DNA of 64,000 nt from the IMG/VR virus record IMGVR_UViG_3300046002_008519, positions 3,254 through 67,253 of that record; one strand, given 5' to 3'. Position 1 is the stretch's first letter, and every line of letters begins with the position of its first letter. Below are positions 20,262 through 29,856 of the stretch, piece after piece. Made by a program: the position numbers and the translations under genes. This stretch comes from a virus. The notes under the pieces are model-generated. The model was not told where the DNA came from. It saw only the letters and a list, made by a program, of their open reading frames with translations, and ran no database searches.

Positions 20262-21716
20262 TTAGTTCGAAAGAGGTGCTTTTATTGTTGGGTGTGATTG
20301 ATAATTTTCTAATTGAAAATTAACTTGGCCATTTATAGCTTCATCAAATCCTTTGTGTTCTAGGTTAGCTAGAAATATTGGGTTTAATATTAATGTTGGT
20401 AATGGAAAAGGTTTCCTTGTTCTTTTATATAGTTTAGCAATATATTCTATTTTCGGTTCTTTTTTTAAAGCATCCATACCTGATTGTTGTAGGTGTTCTA
20501 TAATTTCATCTTCAGTAAACTCTCTTCCAATCTGTTCTTTTGCTTGTTCAATATGATTTGAATACAAATGAACATCACCCAAGTTTCCAATTAGTTCATC
20601 TGGAACCATATTTACTTCTTTTGCAAGAATTTCTAATAACAACCCATAAGAAGCAATGTTGAATGGTAAACCTAAGAATGTATCTACTGAACGTTGATTC
20701 CACATTAAAGAGATTGCTCGGGTTGGAACATTCCATTTATCATAATCTTCATGACTACATAAATTATCACCAATCCATTTATAAGCTAACACATCATCGT
20801 TTGTTTCTTTTGGATGCCTCTTGATATATTCATCGCACCTTTCTTCCAAACTCAATTTTCTTGTATAAACTTGAAATGAAAAATGGCATGGTGGCAGTGT
20901 CATTTGGTCTAAATCACTTACATTCCAAGCATTAACCATTAATCGTCTTGAGTCTGGATTTGTTTTAAGGTCGTTGATTAAGTTTGCTATTTGGTCGATT
21001 CCTCCAATATATTTGTCAAACTTATCATCAATTACTTTAGCAACTTGAATTGGACAAAAAGATTTTTCATCGTAACCAAGCGTTATATTTTTATAGTAAA
21101 CTTTTCTACCTTCATCTTCATCACTGTAAAGAGATTGGTCAGAATCCTGTATCGGTGTTGTCAACCATTCAGTACCATTAGCAAATGAATGTAAATCGCT
21201 CCACTTAACAGTCCAACCATTATCAGTTTTATGTAAAAAACCTGTTTGTTTAATATCTTTCCATCCACCCCAGTTCCGCCATTGAAATCCGTATATTTTT
21301 CCTAACTCACCCCACTTCTTAGCAAACTCATCATCTGTTTTGATTTTATTGATGAATTCTTCCATAGTTGTATATTGAAAATCAACTAAGGTAAATGGGT
21401 CTTCTTTTCTGAATTTGTTAATTTCTTCTAATTCGTGTTTATGGTATGCTTTCAGAGCATCACCATCCCAAATATGACAATTATTATCAACCAAAAACTT
21501 AATATTTGTATCACCTCTTAAGAACCAAAGAAGTTCTGTTACGATTGTTTTGAATGACATTTTCTTGGTTGTAAGTAAAGGAAAACCATCTTTCATATCA
21601 TGACGTATTTGTCTTCCGAATACTGAGATTGTTTCACCGTTTCTTGTTTCTTTTTTAACTCCGTTGTCAAGAATGTCTTGAAGAAGGTCTGTGTATTGTT
21701 TATCTAGTTTATTCAT
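20262..21716 (-). CDS. thyA: Thymidylate synthase with large insertions
   Basis: GFPLLTTKK, ELLWFLRG, YGFQWR, SRRLMVNAWN, LPPCH, QRSVDTFLGLPFNIASY, DVHLYSNH. Confidence 0.97.
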   Translation of the reverse strand: MNKLDKQYTDLLQDILDNGVKKETRNGETISVFGRQIRHDMKDGFPLLTTKKMSFKTIVTELLWFLRGDTNIKFLVDNNCHIWDGDALKAYHKHELEEINKFRKEDPFTLVDFQYTTMEEFINKIKTDDEFAKKWGELGKIYGFQWRNWGGWKDIKQTGFLHKTDNGWTVKWSDLHSFANGTEWLTTPIQDSDQSLYSDEDEGRKVYYKNITLGYDEKSFCPIQVAKVIDDKFDKYIGGIDQIANLINDLKTNPDSRRLMVNAWNVSDLDQMTLPPCHFSFQVYTRKLSLEERCDEYIKRHPKETNDDVLAYKWIGDNLCSHEDYDKWNVPTRAISLMWNQRSVDTFLGLPFNIASYGLLLEILAKEVNMVPDELIGNLGDVHLYSNHIEQAKEQIGREFTEDEIIEHLQQSGMDALKKEPKIEYIAKLYKRTRKPFPLPTLILNPIFLANLEHKGFDEAINGQVNFQLENYQSHPTIKAPLSN

Positions 21717-21834
21717 TTACTTTAATTTTAACTCTACCTGATGTTATTAGTTCAATTACTTTCATACATTCACTCCAATTTTTGCAGCTGCTTAAGTCTA
21801 TTTGTATTATGTTTCGTTTATCTAATTTATTCAT
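21709..21834 (-). CDS. Small hypothetical protein (41 aa, MNKLDKRNIIQ...)
   Basis: Manual translation; overlaps upstream stop (ATGA) and thyA start. Confidence 0.5.
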   Translation of the reverse strand: MNKLDKRNIIQIDLSSCKNWSECMKVIELITSGRVKIKVNE

Positions 21835-22014
21835 AACTTTCTATTGTTTCGTTTGTAAAATAAAATTTTTAACATTGTTTCACCTATTCCAATATCTCCA
21901 GTAACAATTGATATTAGTGTAACCCCAACTACAATCATAAAAAACAATACAAGTACTGAAAGAGGTATGATGTATAGTAGTTCTAATTTATTCATAACTT
22001 TCTATTGTTTCGTT
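21821..22014. repeat. Exact 33-bp direct repeat (21821-21853, 21982-22014)
   Basis: TCTAATTTATTCATAACTTTCTATTGTTTCGTT twice. Confidence 0.9.
21831..21995 (-). CDS. Small membrane protein (54 aa, MNKLELLYIIPLSVLVLFFMIVVG...)
   Basis: Manual translation; one hydrophobic helix; bounded by 33-bp direct repeats. Confidence 0.55.
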   Translation of the reverse strand: MNKLELLYIIPLSVLVLFFMIVVGVTLISIVTGDIGIGETMLKILFYKRNNRKL

Positions 22015-22539
22015 GTTGTATGTTATTGTGATTAGTTTGGTTGGGATGTTAACATCATCTAAATGTTTATGTAATGTGTGGTCTTCATTTACACCAACAA
22101 ACATCTTTATATTTTGAGCAACTTCATTATGATTTGAACCAGCAATAAAACTTCTTTCTTCCAAACTCAACTCTCGTTCTTCAATCTTTAATCCCCACTT
22201 TTCAGAGTACTTTTCATCTGTCTTAATCCAGTAAATATACTCAGGTAGTGATATATTTTTTCCCGTAAAAGTAGGTTCGGTCATAGTTAGATAATTCTTA
22301 TAAGATTCACCGATAAGGTCCGTGTATTGTTTATTAGTATTGTTCACCTTCTTTACGTATGTGTCTTTGTCAATTTTCCTACCAAACTTTTGCTTTACCC
22401 ATTTTTCCATCTTTTGCATGTCTTCATCTAATTCTTCATGTTCATAAATGTCTAATTCATCGCAAAAGCTACAAACTTCATAAAAATTATCTAATAATTT
22501 TTGTAGGCGTTTTTTTTCTATTGTTACGTGTTTACTCAT
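21988..22539 (-). CDS. Hypothetical protein containing ThyA-related segments
   Basis: IKTDEKYSEKWG, RELSLEER and NIPTKLITITYN match the ThyA segments IKTDDEFAKKWG, RKLSLEER and NVPTRAISLMWN. Confidence 0.75.
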   Translation of the reverse strand: MSKHVTIEKKRLQKLLDNFYEVCSFCDELDIYEHEELDEDMQKMEKWVKQKFGRKIDKDTYVKKVNNTNKQYTDLIGESYKNYLTMTEPTFTGKNISLPEYIYWIKTDEKYSEKWGLKIEERELSLEERSFIAGSNHNEVAQNIKMFVGVNEDHTLHKHLDDVNIPTKLITITYNNETIESYE

Positions 22540-22810
22540 CTTTTTGTAATTTTAAATATTCATCAATCTGTTCTTGTGTCGGTTTAGCGTTCTCATGCTC
22601 TTTGCTAAAATTGTAAGTTCTACCATAGCTAGTTGTGATTTCTTTTTTACCTTCAAAAAATTCAATCAATTGTTGTTTGGTACATGATTCCACAACATGA
22701 CCGTGGTCATCAGAGATTAGGAAAATGTTAGCTGTTGGAATGTGATACGCTTTAAGCACATCACCTTCAAAGTTTAATAACCCTAATCTTTTATATTCTT
22801 TATTTTTCAT
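22532..22810 (-). CDS. Hypothetical protein
   Basis: 92-aa ORF in operon. Confidence 0.7.
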   Translation of the reverse strand: MKNKEYKRLGLLNFEGDVLKAYHIPTANIFLISDDHGHVVESCTKQQLIEFFEGKKEITTSYGRTYNFSKEHENAKPTQEQIDEYLKLQKDE

Positions 22811-23235
22811 TATCTTCTAATTAAAATGTATTTGTAATTTTTTTGCGGTATTTCAACAACATCTGGTTCAGAAACTTTTCTAACAGATTCATAAACTTTT
22901 TGATTAAAATGATAGTTGGTCAGTTTGACTTGAGCCATGCGCAGATATTCACCACTTGAATCTTTATGTACTATTTTACCATCGTCGGTTGGGTAAAAAT
23001 AAACCATACCACCTATGTGTTTAGCATTTTCAACCAAATCTTTATAGTTACCTCTAAATAGTCTAACATCTATTGCTTTAGAAGTCATGGTTCTTTTAAA
23101 AACTCTTTCAAAACTAAATGGGTCATAAATTGAAACTTCATCTAGGTCAAAATGCATAAACATCGGCATATCCACAACACCAATAAAAGGACATCCTTCG
23201 ACATCCTTTACTGTTGTTTTATTTGTAATTAACAT
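22810..23235 (-). CDS. Hypothetical protein
   Basis: 141-aa ORF in operon. Confidence 0.7.
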   Translation of the reverse strand: MLITNKTTVKDVEGCPFIGVVDMPMFMHFDLDEVSIYDPFSFERVFKRTMTSKAIDVRLFRGNYKDLVENAKHIGGMVYFYPTDDGKIVHKDSSGEYLRMAQVKLTNYHFNQKVYESVRKVSEPDVVEIPQKNYKYILIRR

Positions 23236-23237
23236 AA

Positions 23238-23705
23238 TTAGTCAGTTACTACACTGGCACCAGCAGAAGCTGTTATGTTTTCATACTCACCCATAGCTGA
23301 TTTCATTTTGGTGTACAAAGCTGGGTCCACAGTCTGTGTTGCTTCGTGATAAACGATAACTGCATTAATAGCGGTTACCATAAATTTGGTCACGCTTTCA
23401 ATTTTTATTTTATTTTCAACTTCTTTTAATTCTGTGACTTCAGTTAATATTGATGAGACATCAACATTATCTAATTTTTCAAAATTATATTTTTTAATGT
23501 GAGAATTGAATACAACACCTTGACTATCTGCTAACTCAAAACGAGTATAGTCAATTTCAGAAACATTAGGGTATTTGTATTGAGTTCCTTTGCTAAAAAT
23601 AATTGTTAGGTTTTTTGTTGTTCTATCATATGTAGATGCACATATGTTAGATGAGCTAAAGATAGCTTTGGTTACATTGTCTTTTTCTTGTTTTTTTAAA
23701 AGCAT
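23238..23705 (-). CDS. KTSC domain protein
   Basis: SSNICASTYD...LTIIFSKGTQYKYPNV...ADSQGVVFNSHIK. Confidence 0.85.
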   Translation of the reverse strand: MLLKKQEKDNVTKAIFSSSNICASTYDRTTKNLTIIFSKGTQYKYPNVSEIDYTRFELADSQGVVFNSHIKKYNFEKLDNVDVSSILTEVTELKEVENKIKIESVTKFMVTAINAVIVYHEATQTVDPALYTKMKSAMGEYENITASAGASVVTD

Positions 23706-23726
23706 AATTGTTTTATTTAATAATTG

Positions 23727-23948
23727 TTATTTTGCGTATGTTTTATAAGATACGATGTCTTTTAAGTTGAAAATACTACCAATGCTGGTTAGAGTGTTAT
23801 TTATATCGTCTTTTTCATCTAGAATAACGATTATATAATCACCAGTAATCATAAGTCCACAATCTTCAAATGTTTCTAAGGTTCTAGAAACGTTACCAGA
23901 TTTTGTCAACAATTCAACTTTACCAAATTTAGGTGCTGTAGGTATCAT
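23727..23948 (-). CDS. Hypothetical protein
   Basis: 73-aa ORF, first gene after promoter at ~23966-23973. Confidence 0.7.
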   Translation of the reverse strand: MIPTAPKFGKVELLTKSGNVSRTLETFEDCGLMITGDYIIVILDEKDDINNTLTSIGSIFNLKDIVSYKTYAK

Positions 23949-23965
23949 ATAAATTAAATTTTATA

Positions 23966-24028
23966 CAAATATACTAATAATAATTATAAAAATCAATATT
24001 GCTATTTAAAAATAAATTAGTATATTTG
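23966..24028. promoter_or_regulatory. Divergent Bacteroidota-type -7 boxes (TATATTTG)
   Basis: TATATTTG on minus at 23966-23973 and on plus at 24021-24028, facing the thyA operon and clpC. Confidence 0.65.
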
Positions 24029-24046
24029 CAAAAAGATTTTAAATAT

Positions 24047-26551
24047 ATGGATAAACCTATAGACCCAAAAGTTAAGATGATTATGAATCAAGCAATCAGA
24101 GAAGCTAAAGAACATGATGATAATAGAATAAAACCAGAGCATGTTATTATGTCTATTATGATAGATAATGATAACGAATGTGTTCAAGCTTTAACATTAA
24201 TGAGTATTGATACTTTTGTGTTATATGATAAAGTATCTGATTTTACTAGAAAAAATGACCTAACACCTAGAACTGGTTACAACAATAGAAAAAATCTACC
24301 CTTTTCAGATGAGATGAAAGTTATAATAAAAAACTTGGATAAACATTGTGAAAAGTTAGGCGATAAAAAAATAGATGCGTCACACGTAATGTTGAGTATT
24401 CTAGATTCAAAATTACCGATAGTTAACCTACTAACCGAATTAGGTATCACCTACAACAAATTTTTAAAAACAGTAAAAAACATGGATAAATTCGAACACA
24501 AAAACAGCGCTTTTAGTAATGATGAAAACGATGAAAATGAATCTTTTAGAAAACCTAAGAATAAAGATTCAAAAACAAAAACACCAGTATTAGATAATTT
24601 CTGTAGAGATATTTCTAAGGCGGTTGAAAACGGTCAAATTGACCCAGTAGTTGGTAGAGAAAATGAGATTAAAAGAATATCTCAAATCCTTTCACGTAGA
24701 AAGAAAAATAACCCAGTGTTGATTGGTGAGCCTGGTGTTGGTAAAACAGCCATCGTAGAAGGTCTTGCCCAACTTATTTTTGAAGGTAATGCCCCTAGAA
24801 CACTTACTGGTAAAAAAATCTATATGTTAGACCTAGCGTCAATTGTCGCTGGAACCAAATACCGTGGTCAATTTGAAGAAAGAATGAAAGCTATTTTAGA
24901 AGAATGTAAAAACAATACAGATATTGTGTTATTCATTGATGAATTACATACAATAGTTGGTGCTGGTAATTCTAGCGGTTCTTTGGATGCTTCAAACATT
25001 TTTAAACCAGCTCTAGCTAGAGGGGAAATTCAAATCATTGGTGCAACAACCCTTGATGAATATCGTGAAAATGTTGAAAAAGATGGTGCGTTAACTAGAC
25101 GTTTCCAACAAGTTCTTGTTGAAGAACCAACACTTGAGCAAACAAAGGTTATTTTGATGAACATCAAAGAAAAATACGAAGCCCACCATAAAGTAAAATA
25201 TACCGAAGAAGCCATTGAAGAATGTGTTAAATTATCAGCGAGATATATTATGGATAGAGCCATGCCAGATAAAGCTATTGATGTGTTGGATGAAGCTGGT
25301 GCCACTACAAATATTTCTGTTGAAAAACCAGAAGTTATCAAAGACTTAGAAGAACAGAAAAGATTGATTAATGAGCAAAAAGTAGACGTTGTTAAAAAAC
25401 AATTATACGAAGAAGCTGCTAAGTTAAGAGATAGAGAAAAAGAAGTTACGGATAAGCTTGAAAAAGCAACACATGATTGGCAAGAAAGTTTAGATTCAAA
25501 AATTACCGAAGTTGGTGTTGAACTAATTTCAGAGGTTGTTTCTATGATGACTGGTATTCCACTTAATAAAATCTCAACCCAAGAAAGCAAACGACTTATG
25601 AATATGGACAAGGAGTTGAGTGGTAAAGTAATTGGTCAAGACGATGCTGTTGTTAAAGTTGTTAAAGCTATAAAAAGAAATAGAATCGGAATCAAAGATA
25701 AAAATAAACCAGTTGGTTCGTTTATTTTTCTAGGTCCTACTGGTGTTGGTAAAACACTTTTCGCTAAATTATTAGCTGAACATGTATATGGTGATGCTGA
25801 CGCTCTTGTTAGAGTAGATATGTCTGAATACATGGAAAAACATTCGGTATCGAGATTAGTTGGTCCACCACCAGGTTATGTTGGTTATGACCAAGGTGGT
25901 CAGTTGACTGAAAAAGTTAGACGTAAACCACATTGTGTTATCTTATTCGACGAGATTGAAAAAGCTCATGATGATGTATTCAACTTATTATTACAATTAC
26001 TTGACGAAGGTCATTTAACTGATGGTCTTGGTCGTAAAATTAATTTTAAAAACGCTCTTATAATTATGACATCAAACATTGGTGTTAGAGAAGCTAATTC
26101 GTTCGGAAAATCAATGGGTTTTGAAACTGGTACATCAAGTTTTAACGAACAATCTAAATCTAGAGCTATTATTGATAAAGCTTTGAAAAAGAAATTTAAA
26201 CCAGAATTTCTTAACCGTATTGACGAAGCTATAATTTTCAACTCTTTATCTAAAGAAAATATTAGAGAAATTATAAATATTGAAATTAAACACTTAGAAA
26301 AACGTTTAGCTGAATTAAAGTTTAATTTGGATATTTCAGAAGAAGCATTAGACTTTATCGCGAAACAAGGTTATGATGAAGAATACGGTGCAAGACCGTT
26401 AAATAGAGCCATTCAACATTATGTTGAAGACTTAGTAGCCGATGAAATCCTTACAGAAGTCTTCGAGGAAGGTGACACTATTAAAATTGTTTATTCTAAG
26501 GATACTGAAACATTAATTATAGATAAACCTAAAAAAACTAAAAAACAATAA
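24047..26551 (+). CDS. clpC: ClpC-type AAA+ chaperone / Clp protease ATP-binding subunit
   Basis: Clp-N domain, GEPGVGKT and GPTGVGKT Walker A, UVR-like [14 protein letters not shown] ClpP-docking loop, GARPL; start re-called at 24047. Confidence 0.93.
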   Translation: MDKPIDPKVKMIMNQAIREAKEHDDNRIKPEHVIMSIMIDNDNECVQALTLMSIDTFVLYDKVSDFTRKNDLTPRTGYNNRKNLPFSDEMKVIIKNLDKHCEKLGDKKIDASHVMLSILDSKLPIVNLLTELGITYNKFLKTVKNMDKFEHKNSAFSNDENDENESFRKPKNKDSKTKTPVLDNFCRDISKAVENGQIDPVVGRENEIKRISQILSRRKKNNPVLIGEPGVGKTAIVEGLAQLIFEGNAPRTLTGKKIYMLDLASIVAGTKYRGQFEERMKAILEECKNNTDIVLFIDELHTIVGAGNSSGSLDASNIFKPALARGEIQIIGATTLDEYRENVEKDGALTRRFQQVLVEEPTLEQTKVILMNIKEKYEAHHKVKYTEEAIEECVKLSARYIMDRAMPDKAIDVLDEAGATTNISVEKPEVIKDLEEQKRLINEQKVDVVKKQLYEEAAKLRDREKEVTDKLEKATHDWQESLDSKITEVGVELISEVVSMMTGIPLNKISTQESKRLMNMDKELSGKVIGQDDAVVKVVKAIKRNRIGIKDKNKPVGSFIFLGPTGVGKTLFAKLLAEHVYGDADALVRVDMSEYMEKHSVSRLVGPPPGYVGYDQGGQLTEKVRRKPHCVILFDEIEKAHDDVFNLLLQLLDEGHLTDGLGRKINFKNALIIMTSNIGVREANSFGKSMGFETGTSSFNEQSKSRAIIDKALKKKFKPEFLNRIDEAIIFNSLSKENIREIINIEIKHLEKRLAELKFNLDISEEALDFIAKQGYDEEYGARPLNRAIQHYVEDLVADEILTEVFEEGDTIKIVYSKDTETLIIDKPKKTKKQ

Positions 26552-26555
26552 TATA

Positions 26556-26580
26556 AAAACCCACTTTTGTGGGTTTTTTT
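26556..26580 (+). terminator. Intrinsic terminator
   Basis: AACCCAC-TTTT-GTGGGTT followed by T-tract. Confidence 0.8.
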
Positions 26581-26614
26581 AATTTAAATAATATTTATAG
26601 TTAAACCAAAGACA

Positions 26615-27022
26615 ATGTCAAAAGGATTTATAAAACAATTACTTAGAGAAGCAATCATGACCAAAGACAAACAAGACGTTTTGGGTGTATCTGATTTCGT
26701 TAATTTTGCTAAGGATTTTTTAGGTATCGATGATGATGTAAAAGTTGAACTAGCGTTTGAAAAAACAGCAGACCTTAGAACAACCGCATATTATCACAAT
26801 AGTGACCATAGGGTTAAAGTCTACGTTAAAGATAGAGCTAAAATAGATATTATGCGTTCAATTGCTCACGAGCTTGTACATCACAAACAAAACATAGATG
26901 GAAGACTCACAGATACTGAAATAGATGGTGCTGATGGAAGTCCAATAGAAAATGAAGCCAATTCACTAGCTGGAATAATAATGAGAAAATGGGGTAGAAT
27001 TAATCCTGAGGATTATGTATAG
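26615..27022 (+). CDS. Zincin-like metallopeptidase with IKQLLRE leader
   Basis: SIAHELVHHKQ...ENEAN (HExxH...E). Confidence 0.8.
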   Translation: MSKGFIKQLLREAIMTKDKQDVLGVSDFVNFAKDFLGIDDDVKVELAFEKTADLRTTAYYHNSDHRVKVYVKDRAKIDIMRSIAHELVHHKQNIDGRLTDTEIDGADGSPIENEANSLAGIIMRKWGRINPEDYV

Positions 27023-27860
27023 TACTAAGACACTATTAAGAGAAGAAATCGCTTTAAACGATAAAAAAATGTTATTGTCAGAACATTCATTAATGATGAT
27101 TCAAAATTCATCGTATGTTAAAAATGTTTTAGGTATAAACGCACCTTTGAATGAAAGTTATTCTCTTTCAATTAGAAAACAAATTATTGAAGAACAAATT
27201 ATTATTGAAAATTTATTAGATTCAATTAATAACTATGTTGGTAATTTAGTTCAAAAAGGTAAAGAAAAAACTTTAAATTTTATTAGCTCAGTAAAAACAT
27301 TAAAAGAATTAGCTATTTTTTTTAAAGATATTTTATTAGATAGCGAATTAATGGATGAAGCAACACAAAACGTTAAAAATTCCTTAACAGAACAATTAAA
27401 TTATTTTAAAAATAAAATAAAAGCAATCTTAACCATGGTTAAAGTTAACGTTCAAGGTTTAACCGATAAACTAAATACTTTTTTAGAAAATATTTTAAAT
27501 TACGGTAATGGTTTAATAAATAAAAATGGTTGGGTTGCTTTTTTAACTATGTTAGGTTTAGCTGTTTTATTAACTTGGATTAACAAAAAATGGTTAGATT
27601 CTATTTCTGGTAATATTATTGATGGTCTTAAAAAAATTGATGGTGTAGTTAACCTTTTTAATAGTTTAAAAAATTTGATTAAAACTGCGGTATCAAATTT
27701 AGGCGTTGAAAAAATATTTGATTGGTTTAATGGTTTAGTTACCGAAGGTTCTGGTATTGGTTTAATTTTCACTATTTCTGAAATAATCATTATAATTTCA
27801 GAAATAGTGAAACCAACAATAAGAACAATAACAACAAAATTAAATTTACAAAAAAATTAA
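27015..27860 (+). CDS. Helical protein with hydrophobic segments and LLRE leader
   Basis: MYSTKTLLREE; WVAFLTMLGLAVLLTWI and IGLIFTISEIIIII segments. Confidence 0.75.
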   Translation: MYSTKTLLREEIALNDKKMLLSEHSLMMIQNSSYVKNVLGINAPLNESYSLSIRKQIIEEQIIIENLLDSINNYVGNLVQKGKEKTLNFISSVKTLKELAIFFKDILLDSELMDEATQNVKNSLTEQLNYFKNKIKAILTMVKVNVQGLTDKLNTFLENILNYGNGLINKNGWVAFLTMLGLAVLLTWINKKWLDSISGNIIDGLKKIDGVVNLFNSLKNLIKTAVSNLGVEKIFDWFNGLVTEGSGIGLIFTISEIIIIISEIVKPTIRTITTKLNLQKN

Positions 27861-27862
27861 CT

Positions 27863-29419
27863 ATGAAAAATACAATCAAAGGTGGTAAATCGGATAAACT
27901 ATCACTACATGACATAGCGGATAAATTTAAAGTAAGTGTTGATAAAATAAAATCTCAATTACAAAAAGGTGTTAAAATTGAAAGTGAGCACACTTCTGAT
28001 AAAGAAAAAGCTAGAGAAATAGCCATGGACCATATAACAGAATTTCCAGATTATTATGACAGACTTGAAAAAATGGAAAAAGGTGCGAATAAAAAATGGG
28101 AAAATGGTAAAGAAAAAACTAATGAAGGTATAAAAAAATCTATAGCCGCAGCTTCATTGGGTTTAAGTTTAATGGGTAACCCTCAAATAACCAAAGGTTC
28201 AAACATAACACCAATAAGTCAAACACAAACACAAAAAGTTTTAGCTAGAGTAACCATCAAAGGTTCTCAACCAATATCAAAACCAGATTTAGATTTAGTT
28301 CATGGTGTGTTAGGTTCAAATAGATTACAAGATGATTTTGCTAAAAGAGTTGAAGACGAATTAAAAAACCAAGTAAACAACGGAAATAAACCAGATGTAG
28401 CTAATATACAAGTAAGAACATATATACAAGGTGATAAAATTATAACCAAAGCGTCTTGTGATATTGTTCAATCTGTAGATGGAATAGCTTATACGCATTT
28501 TACAACTAGAGGTTCTATTGGTTCTAATTATATTCAAAGACATGATAATCAAATAAATGGGTTAATTGATAGGTTAGAAAATAATTATGGTGGTGTTGCT
28601 AAACAAGTTGATGATTCAATTGAAATTTCGTTTAAAATAAATGGTGATATAATATCTTATAAACAAAGTTTTTTTGTTTCTTCTGATGATAAAAATAAAA
28701 CAAATAATCAAAGCATACAACAAATTAACGGTACTGATATTAATAATTTAAGAGATAAATTAAACGCTGAAACAAAAGATATTTATATTGATATTAATTC
28801 TATTAGTGTAGATATGAAGAATTATAAAGTATCATATAAAACTGGTGGTGTTGGGATATATAAAATTTCTTTATTATTTGATGATTCTGGTAATTTAGAA
28901 GATAGATTAAAAAATATAAAAATTAAAAACCCAACGTTTAAAGAAATAAAAAGGGGTAGAATAAATAATTTGGATTGGGCTATAAGTGTAACACCTTATC
29001 AAGAAATAAAAACAAACAAAATGAACGAGAACAACAAAAAATTAATTAAAAAACTTCTTAGAGAAGAATTAGAAGAAGGAAAATATTGGAATATGGCTGG
29101 TACTTTGGGTATGGCAGCGGCAACTCTTGGCTCACCAAACGCTCAAGCAATGACAAAAGACCCGTTTAAAACTGAAAAAACTTATAAGGTTGGTGTAACC
29201 AAAAATGCCGATGGTACATATACATCAATAGCTAGAACAGATGGACCAACTAAAGAAATAGCTAAAGACTTGGCGATTAGTAAAGCTAAGACTCAAATAG
29301 TCTCAGCTTTAAACCTTGAAACGCCAGAATTTGAATTTGATGTGGTTGATATAAAATACGAAAAAGGTAGAAGTAATGTTATTTGTATTGTGCAAATAAT
29401 TGCTAAAGTAGTAAAATAA
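27863..29419 (+). CDS. Modular protein: DUF5661-like N-terminus plus two modules starting with signal-peptide-like segments
   Basis: GVKIESEHT...AREIAMDHITEFPDYYDRL; internal IKKLLREELEE. Confidence 0.75.
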   Translation: MKNTIKGGKSDKLSLHDIADKFKVSVDKIKSQLQKGVKIESEHTSDKEKAREIAMDHITEFPDYYDRLEKMEKGANKKWENGKEKTNEGIKKSIAAASLGLSLMGNPQITKGSNITPISQTQTQKVLARVTIKGSQPISKPDLDLVHGVLGSNRLQDDFAKRVEDELKNQVNNGNKPDVANIQVRTYIQGDKIITKASCDIVQSVDGIAYTHFTTRGSIGSNYIQRHDNQINGLIDRLENNYGGVAKQVDDSIEISFKINGDIISYKQSFFVSSDDKNKTNNQSIQQINGTDINNLRDKLNAETKDIYIDINSISVDMKNYKVSYKTGGVGIYKISLLFDDSGNLEDRLKNIKIKNPTFKEIKRGRINNLDWAISVTPYQEIKTNKMNENNKKLIKKLLREELEEGKYWNMAGTLGMAAATLGSPNAQAMTKDPFKTEKTYKVGVTKNADGTYTSIARTDGPTKEIAKDLAISKAKTQIVSALNLETPEFEFDVVDIKYEKGRSNVICIVQIIAKVVK

Positions 29420-29420
29420 T

Positions 29421-29445
29421 AAAAGGGGCGTTAAACCCCTTTTTT
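29421..29445. terminator. Bidirectional terminator between convergent genes
   Basis: AAAAGGGG-CGTTAAA-CCCCTTTTTTT. Confidence 0.7.
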
Positions 29446-29856
29446 ATTACCTATATATTCGTGACTATAACATATTCGTTTATTGTCAGCAAAATGATTG
29501 TTATATGTTTTTTCGTGTTTAACATCAGTTCTTAACTTTTTGTTCTTGCTAGTTGGTTTCCATAACACTGATTTTTCCCTATATTTACCCATGCGCGGGT
29601 GTGCAGTTCTTGAAAAATATCTATGACCTTCATTTAAGTGTATTTCCGCTATCATATTTGAAAACCTAACACCTATACCCATTCCTTGAAAATCTGGCAA
29701 CACAACGGTCCTATGACCTCTCCACGCATTTTTAACAGCACCATTTGGCATAGTGATAGCTGCACCAAAAGCAACTACAACACCATCCCATATTCCAATA
29801 TAAAACCTAGCGGCTTTATTTACTTTAGCATCTAAATAATGATGGTTCCCAAACAT
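29431..29856 (-). CDS. GNAT-family acetyltransferase (possibly Mom-like); probably the C-terminal part of a frameshift fusion
   Basis: HHYL, RTVVLPDFQGMGIG acetyl-CoA-binding motif A, TAHP. Confidence 0.8.
   Translation of the reverse strand: MFGNHHYLDAKVNKAARFYIGIWDGVVVAFGAAITMPNGAVKNAWRGHRTVVLPDFQGMGIGVRFSNMIAEIHLNEGHRYFSRTAHPRMGKYREKSVLWKPTSKNKKLRTDVKHEKTYNNHFADNKRICYSHEYIGNKKGV

Noticed and set aside
20990-21270. Intron or intein in thyA
   Set aside because: The insert is in-frame, has no stops, lacks intein C/S...HN ends and homing-endonuclease motifs; treated as a protein insertion
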